From the sequence record SRR20825006_1719: a DNA stretch of 62,366 nucleotides. The stretch is one strand, 5' to 3'. A program made the position numbers and the translations under genes. Numbering within the stretch: the stretch's first letter is position 1; each line of letters starts with the position of its first letter. The notes beneath the pieces were generated by a model. It saw only the letters and a program-made list of their open reading frames with translations, ran no database searches and was not told the origin of the DNA. This document shows positions 33,117 to 42,541 of the stretch, one piece after another.

Positions 33117-34364
33117 TTAAGTGGTTTTATGTACTTTATACGCTTTTAAGTAGTACAAAACCTGAATGATTAGCAATAAGCTCATACTTCCTATTTGAAC
33201 CCAAACCACCTGTTCTAGGCTGTTATGCATTAGAATGATTCCTCCTATTTGTAAAAAACCACCGATGAAACTTAGATAGACGGGGGTATATTTCCCTAAG
33301 GATAAAAAGTAGTAGGTAAACAAATTGGCCACAGCAAACAATCCGGTAGCTAAAGCATAAGGCCCTAAAAGATGACTTACGGAAACATACGCCTCGCCAA
33401 ACATCATTTGCACGATCAAATTGGGAAACAGAAAGCACGCAGCTACAATACTGAGTGCTAAAATGCTTATGTAGCTTACATATTTAAAAAGAATGGAGTG
33501 GGTAGATTCTCCTGCTTTGTGTTTTCGAACGACTTCGGGTAAAAGCAACATAACAAACATCCAGGCAACAAAGTAGACCACCCGACCTATCAAAGCCAGA
33601 GAGGCGTATAAGCCGGCTTGATAGGCATCAAAATAGTGCTTGACTAAAAGTATATCACTGTTATTTATAAGGATCTGAGTTCCTTCATAACACGCAGTAA
33701 TAACAAAAAACTGAAGAATTTCACGCAGTTCTGTTTGGGTCAAGACTCCTACCCTACTATTCTTAGCTTTATCTTTTGCGCGTGGAAACTGTGCCGCAAT
33801 CAGCGATAAACTTACGCCTAGTGCGACTCCTATTGCAGGCTGCGCTTTGAATAGCAAAATGCAAAGCAGGGTAAGCACAAGCCTGCTCCACATTTCGATC
33901 TGATAGGTTTTTGCCAGACTGATCAACTGCTCTTTTCCTTGATATATTCCGCGGTTGATGCTCATCACAAAATAAAGTGGAACGGATAATCCAAAAACCA
34001 CAAACATGGCTTGAGATGATGTTTGAAACACTTCTTGAAAGAACGATGAAAACAACACAAAAATGCATCCAAGTACTAATCCAAAACGCAAACTCCATTT
34101 TTGGATTCTATTGAGAAACACCGGTTGTTTTTCTTCAGATAACAAAGCGATAAAACGTGCCGTTCCCAACTGAAAAGTCATTGCGGCAAATGATAATACT
34201 AACAACAATGTTACCAGTATTGCTGCATCAGCAAATGCTTCAGGTCCCAGCAAGCGGCCTAGAAGTAAATTATACAGGTAGTTTCCGCCGTTTACTACTA
34301 GCGCACTAAGCATAAAAAGCTGCTGTGCACTTATTTTTGATCGTACAAAAGGTATCGCTATCAT
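33117..34364 (-). CDS. Wzx/MATE-like oligosaccharide flippase
   Basis: About 12 TM helices; NYLYNLLLGRLLGPEAF, NSDILLVKHYF...AGLYASLALIGR. Confidence 0.88.
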   Translation of the reverse strand: MIAIPFVRSKISAQQLFMLSALVVNGGNYLYNLLLGRLLGPEAFADAAILVTLLLVLSFAAMTFQLGTARFIALLSEEKQPVFLNRIQKWSLRFGLVLGCIFVLFSSFFQEVFQTSSQAMFVVFGLSVPLYFVMSINRGIYQGKEQLISLAKTYQIEMWSRLVLTLLCILLFKAQPAIGVALGVSLSLIAAQFPRAKDKAKNSRVGVLTQTELREILQFFVITACYEGTQILINNSDILLVKHYFDAYQAGLYASLALIGRVVYFVAWMFVMLLLPEVVRKHKAGESTHSILFKYVSYISILALSIVAACFLFPNLIVQMMFGEAYVSVSHLLGPYALATGLFAVANLFTYYFLSLGKYTPVYLSFIGGFLQIGGIILMHNSLEQVVWVQIGSMSLLLIIQVLYYLKAYKVHKTT

Positions 34365-34389
34365 AACCGAGTTCTTAGAGATTTTTAGT

Positions 34390-34683
34390 TTAAGCGACTC
34401 CTAATAGGTACCGCTTTCCGGCAAGACCAAATGTGCAACTCACCGACTTATTATTCAGCCCTTTAAACAGCACCAGTTTCCCACTATTGCGGTAATGATT
34501 TTGCAACGTGATCAACTTCATCACCGTGCGCAAAGTGAGTTCGTGCAACTGACTAAGATCAATGACGATCTTTTTCTGCGATCTAAAATCTTCATTGATC
34601 GTTGCTGCCAGTTCACCAACGGACTGCACTTTTAAAATTCCACGTATTTGAATAGTTTCTGAGGTAGTGATAAATGAATACAT
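34390..34683 (-). CDS. Small STAS-like domain protein
   Basis: 97 aa; IQIRGIL, IVIDLSQLHEL, LVLFKG pattern of STAS_2/MlaB-like folds. Confidence 0.62.
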   Translation of the reverse strand: MYSFITTSETIQIRGILKVQSVGELAATINEDFRSQKKIVIDLSQLHELTLRTVMKLITLQNHYRNSGKLVLFKGLNNKSVSCTFGLAGKRYLLGVA

Positions 34684-34710
34684 AACACAAAGATTTTAAA
34701 GATTATGAAG

Positions 34711-34780
34711 CAAATATCTGTGGAAGCATTTTGCAAAAACGCTCTATTTCGGTCATTGGAATTTTACTGTAGATGAATGG
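34711..34780 (-). promoter_or_regulatory. STAS-flippase promoter: LytTR-type repeat pair and -7 element
   Basis: TCGGTCATTGG 34749-34759 and CTGTAGATGAATGG 34767-34780 (21-bp period); GATATTTG 34711-34718; 48-nt gap. Confidence 0.8.
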
Positions 34781-34924
34781 ATTCCTTTTATAAGTCAAAC
34801 AGCTTTTAATGGATTAAACTTTAAAAAGTCACCCATTTCGCAAGAAATAATCCTTAAACAGCTTGAATAGTTGCCCACTTTGAGGCTTCCTGTTTTAGTG
34901 TTTTCCGTGAGTTGCGCTTTAGCT

Positions 34925-34979
34925 TCGATAAGCGGTAAATACCTGTAGATTAAAAAAATAGCGTTCACCGCTAACTTGC
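34925..34979. promoter_or_regulatory. LytTR-type boxes upstream of the TPR gene
   Basis: TCGATAAGCGG 34925-34935 and TAGATTAAAAA 34946-34956 (21-bp period); GCGTTCACCGC 34961-34971 is the exact reverse complement of 47161-47171. Confidence 0.55.
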
Positions 34980-34997
34980 TCTAACCAAATCGTAGTT

Positions 34998-37052
34998 ATG
35001 AGAACACTAATTTTATGCTGTTTAAGCTTTAGTTTATTTGTGAGCATTCAGGCGCAGGAAATGCAAGAGGGTTTTAACCTATTGGAAACAGGCAAAAATC
35101 AAGAGGCTCAAGTTTTCTTTGAGCGAGTATTAGAAGAATTTCCGCAGAATAAAACCGCTCAATTGTGTTACGCACGCGCTTTGGGCTTAGGCGGAAATCC
35201 TTCCGAAGCTTTAGCCCTTTTTGAAAATATGCTTGACCAATATTCCGGAGATCTCGAGATAACATTAAACTATGCCGAAGCCTTCCTGTGGAATAACCGC
35301 TTTGAAGAAGCAGCTCCTATTTATAAAAATTTAGTCTCTGAATATCCCGAAAATTTCGGGGCGCTTTTAGGTTATGCCAATACCTTATCCAATTTAAAAA
35401 AGTATCCTAAAGCACTAACCTATATCTCTAAAGCGCTAACTATTGATCCTGAAAATTTAAGTGCAAAAATTTCTCAGAAATACATACGCTTAGGCTATGC
35501 TGCACAGCTATCAAAGGCGGGGGAGGCAATTCTTGCACAGACCCATCTAGATTCAAATTTTATCGATTTTCCTAAAGACCGAGATACCCAGCTTAATAAG
35601 ATTTCGATCTATTTAGAAGCCAAAAACTACGAGCAGGCTGCAAGTATTTATCAAAATTTCAATCAGACTAAAGAAGAACAGGTTGAAGGCGCAATAGGTC
35701 TTGCGCTGGTATCGCATTTACAAGAAAATGACAAAAAAGCATTGGTTTATGCTTTTGAAGCCAAAAAGAAATCTGCAGCCATAAAAGATTCTACGCTTGT
35801 TTTGGCAGCAGCCGAACGCTATACGCAAGCCCTAATTTGGAATGCCAAATACACCGAAGCTAAACGTAAACTAAAACATTTAGATTCTGTTTATAGAAGC
35901 AATTCAAAGGTACTTGCTTTGAATGCAATGTTTGGGATGTACACCGGTGATTTTAAAAAGGCGATAACTGCTTATCAAACTATTTTAGCGCAAGACAGCA
36001 CTTCTTTTGACGGAAACTTAGGCATTGCCAACGCCTATCGTGCCGCTGATGATCCGCAAAAAGCTTATCACTATGCAAAGCAAACCTTAAACTATTACGA
36101 GGATCAAAAGGATGCTCAAGGATTGGTAGAAGCCCTAGATTTAGAGTACGCTCCCACTATCGATGCAATGGCCTGCACCACCAAAGATAATGGCGAGAAC
36201 ATCGCTTACAGTTATGGTGTAGCGACGACGATACCGTTATCTACAGCACTAAAGGTGAGCGCAAATTATGGGTATCGTATCACGCGCAATGCACTTAGCG
36301 GTCAGGAAGCGCAATCGTATCAGTTAGGGTCTCAAGTGCACTATCGCCTCACTCCCGGCTATGCTTTAGAAGCCCAAGCCGGACTCATAAAAGCCATCAC
36401 CATTGATAAAGAATATACCGATGTTCAGGGAGCGCTAACTTTTAAGACTAAACCGGTAAAACGACTGCATCTGGATCTAGGCTACCGCCGTGCGCTTCAA
36501 AATTTTAATGCTGCGCTTTTAGAAGAAAAAATAGCTCTAAATGACTATTTTGTTAATTATAATTGGGGCATTACCACACGTTTAGGATGGTACACCTCAA
36601 TGATCTACACGGCTCAATCTGATGCCAATAACCGCAAGCTGCTATTTACTTCATTATACTACAGCCTTACCCGAAAACCCGCTTTAAAAATGGGCTTCAA
36701 CTATCAATATCTGAGTTATAAAAATCAGGTTAGTGAATTGTATTTTAGTCCAAAACAGTATCAGGCTGCTGAGGTTTTTGCAGATCTGATGCTAAAAGTT
36801 GGTGATCATTTTAGCATTCATAGCGTGGCAGCAGGTGGACTACAGTATGTGGAGGATCAAGAAGCTACCTCTATTTTCAGAGCTGAGCTTAATGCAATGT
36901 ATTCTGTAAGTAAGCAGTTTCAACTAGGCTGCTACGGTAAATACAGCAATATCGCTTCGGCTGTTGCCAGCGGATTCGAATTTGGAGAATTGGGCTTAAA
37001 ACTGCGCTGGATTCCTTCAGCAAAGCCTTTATTTAGACAAACTGCTAAATAA
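34998..37052 (+). CDS. Secreted TPR protein with C-terminal beta-strand-rich (probable outer-membrane barrel) domain
   Basis: Signal peptide IQA-Q; about 380 aa of TPR-like helical repeats, then about 290 aa of amphipathic strands (LKVSANYGYR, LHLDLGYRR, LKMGFNYQY, YFSP..YQ). Confidence 0.78.
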   Translation: MRTLILCCLSFSLFVSIQAQEMQEGFNLLETGKNQEAQVFFERVLEEFPQNKTAQLCYARALGLGGNPSEALALFENMLDQYSGDLEITLNYAEAFLWNNRFEEAAPIYKNLVSEYPENFGALLGYANTLSNLKKYPKALTYISKALTIDPENLSAKISQKYIRLGYAAQLSKAGEAILAQTHLDSNFIDFPKDRDTQLNKISIYLEAKNYEQAASIYQNFNQTKEEQVEGAIGLALVSHLQENDKKALVYAFEAKKKSAAIKDSTLVLAAAERYTQALIWNAKYTEAKRKLKHLDSVYRSNSKVLALNAMFGMYTGDFKKAITAYQTILAQDSTSFDGNLGIANAYRAADDPQKAYHYAKQTLNYYEDQKDAQGLVEALDLEYAPTIDAMACTTKDNGENIAYSYGVATTIPLSTALKVSANYGYRITRNALSGQEAQSYQLGSQVHYRLTPGYALEAQAGLIKAITIDKEYTDVQGALTFKTKPVKRLHLDLGYRRALQNFNAALLEEKIALNDYFVNYNWGITTRLGWYTSMIYTAQSDANNRKLLFTSLYYSLTRKPALKMGFNYQYLSYKNQVSELYFSPKQYQAAEVFADLMLKVGDHFSIHSVAAGGLQYVEDQEATSIFRAELNAMYSVSKQFQLGCYGKYSNIASAVASGFEFGELGLKLRWIPSAKPLFRQTAK

Positions 37053-37112
37053 AGTTTCCATCAACTTTTTAATCGTAATGTGTATATTGAGAAAGTAAAC
37101 GATTTACTTTCA

Positions 37113-37826
37113 ATGCACTATACGCTAATTTTTCTACTACTGTGTACCGGCCTTTGTTTTGGCCAGAAAGATTACACTTTTGACTATCGTCTGGAATATC
37201 AACAAACCTTTTTTAAAGATTCCCTTCCAATAAAAAATCGTCCGTTTTATAAGCAGGACAGCATTGCGACGCTTACTTACTTGACCAACTCTAAAGACAA
37301 TAGCTATCACGGAATGCTTACAGCACCTGACAGTTTGCACTACCTTTTTAATTTTAAAGACGAGAACGGACTTCAGTTTGAGGTGAGTTTTCTTAAGGAG
37401 GAAGTTGATCAAGCAGTTGCGATTAAGATTCCGTGTAAATTTGTTCGCAGCTATCGCAATGCGTATACCTATCAGACTAAACATTATGACTTTAGCCGTG
37501 CAAAAGATACCCTAATCGATGGTCTGCATTGTCAATATTACACGTTAGCCACAAACGATCGCAAAAGGGCTAAGAAGAAAAAAACCGGAACGTTGCTTTA
37601 CATTATAGCTCCTGAAACTTCATTTCATTTGCCGCTGTTGACCTACGCTACCGCTTTTGAAGAATGGAAAGCCACGCAAAACCTCCCAAACGGAATTTTC
37701 TACCGGAAGTACTTTATAGATTACTATGATCGAAAGGATACGCAATGGCAATTGCTGAGCAATCAAAAAATCGACCTCAAACTGCATATTGATGCTGCTT
37801 GCGATTATACGCAAGAAACCAATTGA
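37113..37826 (+). CDS. Hypothetical secreted protein
   Basis: Long ORF; signal peptide from ATG 37113 (MHYTLIFLLLCTGLCFG-Q); no motif recognised with confidence. Confidence 0.65.
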   Translation: MHYTLIFLLLCTGLCFGQKDYTFDYRLEYQQTFFKDSLPIKNRPFYKQDSIATLTYLTNSKDNSYHGMLTAPDSLHYLFNFKDENGLQFEVSFLKEEVDQAVAIKIPCKFVRSYRNAYTYQTKHYDFSRAKDTLIDGLHCQYYTLATNDRKRAKKKKTGTLLYIIAPETSFHLPLLTYATAFEEWKATQNLPNGIFYRKYFIDYYDRKDTQWQLLSNQKIDLKLHIDAACDYTQETN

Positions 37827-37845
37827 AACTATGTTGTCTAAAAAG

Positions 37846-37879
37846 AAAAAAAGGATGATATCAGAAGCACCATCCTTTT
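37846..37879. terminator. Terminator between convergent genes
   Basis: AAAAGGATG...CATCCTTTT with flanking A/T runs. Confidence 0.65.
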
Positions 37880-37904
37880 CTCAAACTAAACAACCTCTAT
37901 ATTT

Positions 37905-40340
37905 TTAATTCACGAGTAATTTTCCTTTATACGTCTGACCTGCTTCGGTGATGACTTTATACGTATACATCCCGGTGGAAAGTCCGTTACGATCCAGGCG
38001 CAAAACATCATTATTTCCGGTAGGGTTTTCTTTCTTCCGCAGTACTTCTCTTCCGCTTAAGTCTATTACAGCAAGCGTCGCCTCATTGGTCGGCTCAGGC
38101 AATTTGATCAACGTAAATGCGGTAAAAGGATTAGGAAAGTTATGTACTTCTGCAAGCTGAGTTTCTTCTTGAAATGCTTCTTTAGACAATGTGCGATTGG
38201 TACTGAACGCCACGTTTTTTAAATCTACTTGTACCGAAGTACTATTTACAAAATCTCCTTGTATTGAAAAGACCACACTACGGATCGCGGTAAGCGACTG
38301 AGAAGCTCCCGAGCCGTCTTCAAAAGCATCAAACGGAATGATAAAATGCTGCTCGGTCGAAGTTTCGGGGATCACATAGCGCAACCGCTGACTCCAATCC
38401 TCAAGCTGTGCCGGAACCAAGATAACTTCAATAGGAGCATTAGCCTTAACACTAAATTCTAAAGCCGAAAGATCGTGCACATCTAACGCAAGTTCGCCTG
38501 CTAAAAGATGTCTAAAAACGTTTAAAGTTCCCTTAACCTCAGCGCTGACTGTTACTTCTCGCTCCACAAGATATTCTGCATCTTGAGCTTCTTTCTGAGG
38601 CTGCATCACCTCAAAATCATTCACGTAAACTTCCTCTTCTTTGTAATCAATGCCCCAAGGACCATCTGCCAGATATAAGGCATCGTAGGTTGGATTCTGT
38701 GTATCATAAAGCGCTATTCCCGCGTCAAAAAGATGCCCCGTAGTAATTTCGATCTGCTCCTCATAAGCCCCGCTCAAAGCCACCCAATGCTCTTGCGTTT
38801 GTAAAGCTTCGGTTTCTGTAGGATGAATATTTGCACGTGTGCTAATGCCCGTAACGCCGGTTTTGTTTTGTACGTTAAGCATTAATTTTCCGTCGTAATA
38901 ATATCCACTTTTCACAAAAACCTGTGGAAGTTTATCTACCGTCGTATCCGCCGCTAAAGGTTGCGATTGCTCAAAAACATCAAGGGTATAATTCACTAAA
39001 GCGCTCACCTGCCCTACAGACTTTCCCCAGAATTGAAAATTGAGATAATCACCTTCAGGATATTGATCTATATTCCAAAAACTGTAAACAGTAGGGTTGT
39101 TTGATTTATGATTTACCGAAAAACTAACGGCATATTCCAGATTACCATTGGCGCGCTTGATCTTAGCCAAAATGAGCGTGTGCCCGCGTAATTGAAACGT
39201 TCTAATATCTTCTAAGGAAGAACCATTTAAACGATCGCAAATGGTTTTTGCGTGATCATAAACGCCATCATTCGTTTCCAACAACAAGCCTGCTGCAACA
39301 CGGTCTGCTCCCTGATAATAGTCGATCGCAAAAACGCCCGAAGCATTTGTTATTTCTTGTAAATCAGACGGGCTGGCAATCGCTGATTCTTCAGTCCCAA
39401 AAAGTGCCGACTCCCCAAAATAGCTTGCCAGATTTGAATTTCCATTTTTTGAAGGAAACTTGCTTTTATTGAATTTGCGCTGTGCAGCTTTAGTATTCTT
39501 ATGATCCGCAGTTTGCGTACGCTTGAGATTTCGCTTTGCGATCAATGTTGAAAGATCTCCGTTGCTCTCTAAACCTCCATCATATGCAGAATTGACCTTT
39601 GTAGCCGAATCTACATCGGCGTAATTTCGAGTTTCAAGAGCACTATACGGGTTTGCTGAAATATAAAACAGCGCATCGTTAAAATCCTGATCGCACGAAC
39701 CGTAATCGCGGCGTATATCTTCAAAACCCAAAATAATACGTTCATTGACGGGGTCATTGAGCAATACATTATGATACCGTAAATCTTCTTGCGCCTCGGG
39801 ATTAAAATCAGGATTTGAGTATAATTGCCATAATCCCCAAGTCACTTCAGACTGCCACGCATTTGCTAACAACACCCAGCCTATACCGGTTCCTGCTTCA
39901 AAAGATCCTAGTTTTACTTTGTTACCTGCAACGAGGCTTCCTCCAGACCATTTTGCTGAAACATTAGGAAAAACAATCGTGATCTCGTGATCGTAAGGCG
40001 CACGATCTAAAGGGTTATTGACGTCATAAGTATAAAATCCAAGTACGTTTTTATATCCTGCACCTTCAGCGACAAAGGTTACAAAAACCTCAGCATCTTC
40101 CTGCACGATGATATCTGTGTCATATCCGCTAGAAATATAATGCGGATTATAAATAGGCACAGGAAAAGATTCCGGTAGAGAATTAGAAACCATTTGAAGC
40201 GTTTCCGGGCTAACGACATCATTTTGAGGTTCTAAATAAAGTGGTGTTCCGTCTGCTGTATAATCTCCTAAAAAATTAAAGTTTTGGGCAGCAGCGCTTG
40301 TAACAATCGACAACGCAAAAAGTAAGTGTAGCAGTCTCAT
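37905..40340 (-). CDS. T9SS-secreted DUF4114-domain protein
   Basis: Signal peptide from ATG 40340 (AAA-Q); EGAGYKNVLGFYTY, GFEDIRRD..CDQDFNDALF; type-A CTD (NFPNPF...IDLSGR...GMYTYKV...KLLVN). Confidence 0.85.
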   Translation of the reverse strand: MRLLHLLFALSIVTSAAAQNFNFLGDYTADGTPLYLEPQNDVVSPETLQMVSNSLPESFPVPIYNPHYISSGYDTDIIVQEDAEVFVTFVAEGAGYKNVLGFYTYDVNNPLDRAPYDHEITIVFPNVSAKWSGGSLVAGNKVKLGSFEAGTGIGWVLLANAWQSEVTWGLWQLYSNPDFNPEAQEDLRYHNVLLNDPVNERIILGFEDIRRDYGSCDQDFNDALFYISANPYSALETRNYADVDSATKVNSAYDGGLESNGDLSTLIAKRNLKRTQTADHKNTKAAQRKFNKSKFPSKNGNSNLASYFGESALFGTEESAIASPSDLQEITNASGVFAIDYYQGADRVAAGLLLETNDGVYDHAKTICDRLNGSSLEDIRTFQLRGHTLILAKIKRANGNLEYAVSFSVNHKSNNPTVYSFWNIDQYPEGDYLNFQFWGKSVGQVSALVNYTLDVFEQSQPLAADTTVDKLPQVFVKSGYYYDGKLMLNVQNKTGVTGISTRANIHPTETEALQTQEHWVALSGAYEEQIEITTGHLFDAGIALYDTQNPTYDALYLADGPWGIDYKEEEVYVNDFEVMQPQKEAQDAEYLVEREVTVSAEVKGTLNVFRHLLAGELALDVHDLSALEFSVKANAPIEVILVPAQLEDWSQRLRYVIPETSTEQHFIIPFDAFEDGSGASQSLTAIRSVVFSIQGDFVNSTSVQVDLKNVAFSTNRTLSKEAFQEETQLAEVHNFPNPFTAFTLIKLPEPTNEATLAVIDLSGREVLRKKENPTGNNDVLRLDRNGLSTGMYTYKVITEAGQTYKGKLLVN

Positions 40341-40357
40341 AATCTTGGATTTGAATC

Positions 40358-40427
40358 CAAAATTAAAGGACCACCTCAAGCCAATTTATTGATTTTCGGT
40401 AGATGGCTTTTAAGTATAGTTAAATGG
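40358..40427 (-). promoter_or_regulatory. DUF4114 gene promoter: LytTR-type repeat pair and -7 element
   Basis: TCGGTAGATGG 40396-40406 and GTATAGTTAAATGG 40414-40427 (21-bp period); TAATTTTG 40358-40365; 48-nt gap. Confidence 0.8.
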
Positions 40428-40440
40428 AAAAACTGTTGCG

Positions 40441-41160
40441 TTAAAGCAAGTTAAGCCGCTTCATCAAAATAGGTCTATTGGATCTGCTGATAGGAATCAC
40501 ATCTTTTGCGATCAATACACTATTGTCTTCTATATCAATGATCTTATGATAGTTGATCACATACGAACGGTGTATTTTTAAGAACTTACTTTCAGGCAGT
40601 TTTTCTTCTATTTTCTTGAGCGTAGAGTGTACGGTGTAATTTTTACCTTCGGTTTTAATCAAGATGTAATCACCTTTAGCTTCGATGATCAAAATGCTAT
40701 CAAAATTAAGTTTGATCAAACGACGATCGATGTTGATATACAGGTCGTTCTCAGTCTCTTGTTGCGGCTGACTTTGTACCGAAGTATCCTGAATAGGCTC
40801 TGTGCTTGCTACAAATTGTTGCGCCTTTTGAACAGCCTTTAAAAAACGCGGAAGCGCCACAGGTTTTACTAAATAATCTACGATGCACTCATATTCAAAA
40901 GCCTCGATAGCAAAATTGCGATCAGACGAAGTCAAGACAATTCTAGGCGGATTTTTTAAGGTCTGAATAAAATCAAATCCGGTAAAATCAGGCATATGAA
41001 TGTCAAGAAAGATAAGGTCTACCTCGTTTTGATTCAGGTATTTTATCGCACTAATCGCATTCTCAAATTGAGCTACCACTTCAACATCTGCGGTTTTATC
41101 ACAGTGGTTGCGAATTATAGAACGTGCTAAAGCTTCATCGTCGATTATAATGCAATTCAT
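40441..41160 (-). CDS. LytTR-family response regulator
   Basis: IIDDE, FLDIHMP, DYLVKP receiver; FLKIHRSYVIN...IPISR LytTR domain. Confidence 0.95.
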   Translation of the reverse strand: MNCIIIDDEALARSIIRNHCDKTADVEVVAQFENAISAIKYLNQNEVDLIFLDIHMPDFTGFDFIQTLKNPPRIVLTSSDRNFAIEAFEYECIVDYLVKPVALPRFLKAVQKAQQFVASTEPIQDTSVQSQPQQETENDLYINIDRRLIKLNFDSILIIEAKGDYILIKTEGKNYTVHSTLKKIEEKLPESKFLKIHRSYVINYHKIIDIEDNSVLIAKDVIPISRSNRPILMKRLNLL

Positions 41161-41169
41161 AAGTAGGTT

Positions 41170-41487
41170 TTAAAGCTTCTTGACAAAAGCGTTAAGTTCA
41201 TCAATGATTTTTTTAAAAGCTGGAGCAGAAGTTGGGTTTTCGGCTCTAAGCTCATTTTCGTAAGCCGCTGCGGTTGCGTAAGCTTCTTCCATATTCAAGA
41301 TACTAATTTTATGTTTTAGCTTATGAACACTTTCGGCAGTTTGTTTAAAATCATTTTGCTCTAAATGAAATTGATACTGCTCAAGCTCAGCAGGAAGCTC
41401 TTCTTTAATGATGCTGATCATTTCCTGTTCAAAGCTAGCAGTTCCGCCGGCAATCTCTTTGATCTTATCTAAATTTGGCTTTGTCAT
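41170..41487 (-). CDS. Stand-alone Hpt phosphotransfer protein
   Basis: 105 aa helical; NLDKIKEIAGG...F, SVHKLKHKI phospho-His motif. Confidence 0.88.
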   Translation of the reverse strand: MTKPNLDKIKEIAGGTASFEQEMISIIKEELPAELEQYQFHLEQNDFKQTAESVHKLKHKISILNMEEAYATAAAYENELRAENPTSAPAFKKIIDELNAFVKKL

Positions 41488-41488
41488 T

Positions 41489-42541
41489 TTAGTGTTTAGG
41501 CAAGGTAAAATAAAAGGTGGTTCCCTCTTTGGGTTTTGAACTTAACCAAATCTTTCCACCATAGAATTTTATGATCTTTAATACAATTGAAAGTCCAATA
41601 CCCTTGTGTTTAGCGTCTTGTTCTAAAGTTTGAAAAACTTGAAAAACCTTATCGTGATAGGCAGGATCAATACCTCTACCATTATCAGCAATACTAAATT
41701 CATAGCATTCATCGCGCTCTTCAAAAGTTATACGCACAACGCCTTGCGCTTTATCATTATAATTAATCGCATTCTGAATTAAATTTTGAAACAACTGCTG
41801 AAACCTAAACGAATTACCATAAACCTTAGGCAAGTGCTTTAGCACACTAATTTCTATATGTTTAGGTGTATGCATCGTCGCCAGCAGATCTGTAACCAAG
41901 CGATTGAGATCAATAGCATGTTTGTCGTCTACCGCCTTATCAATAGCCGAATATTCTAAAATCCCCTGAATCAGGTTATGCATATGCTCAACGTGCTCTA
42001 AAATAAGATCTAGATTTTCTATACTCTCCTCAGATAAACGGTCATCTTCAATAATAAAATTAGTAAGCGCATTAATATTATTGAGAGGTGATTTTAGGTC
42101 GTGCGAAACAATATGTGCATAGTCATTGAGTTCCTCATTTTGCTTTTCGAGTTGAGCGAGTAATTCATCACGATGTTTATTGGTAGCTATAATTTCGCGT
42201 GTCTGGTTATCAATCACACGAGCAAGTTCTAGCGCATCCAGATTGATACTGTCTTTTTTAGGCGTCTCAAGCTGATTATTATACTTATAGAGTGCCGCAA
42301 TGGTCTGTGTTAAACTCTCGATTATGCTTTTCTGCTGCGAGGTTTCTTTCTGTAATTTTTTATTCGCCTCAAACAACTCATCAGAGCTTAAAGACATGGC
42401 TCGCTGCACCATAGTCAACTGCTCTTCGTAATTGGTATACGAACTGCTCACAGCATCTAAAAATACCTGAAGTTGCTCATCAAGCTCAACACCTTTTTCT
42501 AATAAATGCTTCCGTATCTGTCGTTGTAAAAGCCTATTCAT
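41489..42541 (-). CDS. Cytoplasmic sensor histidine kinase (FIST-associated)
   Basis: No TM segment; coiled N-terminus; VSHDLKSPL H-box, QNLIQNA, DNGRG, GIGLSIV, GTTFYF. Confidence 0.93.
   Translation of the reverse strand: MNRLLQRQIRKHLLEKGVELDEQLQVFLDAVSSSYTNYEEQLTMVQRAMSLSSDELFEANKKLQKETSQQKSIIESLTQTIAALYKYNNQLETPKKDSINLDALELARVIDNQTREIIATNKHRDELLAQLEKQNEELNDYAHIVSHDLKSPLNNINALTNFIIEDDRLSEESIENLDLILEHVEHMHNLIQGILEYSAIDKAVDDKHAIDLNRLVTDLLATMHTPKHIEISVLKHLPKVYGNSFRFQQLFQNLIQNAINYNDKAQGVVRITFEERDECYEFSIADNGRGIDPAYHDKVFQVFQTLEQDAKHKGIGLSIVLKIIKFYGGKIWLSSKPKEGTTFYFTLPKH

Noticed and set aside
31798-37052. Calling the glycan genes a true pel operon
   Set aside because: Only functional analogy; no PelD/PelE/PelC-like proteins recognised, and the hydrolase is clan GH-A rather than PelA-type
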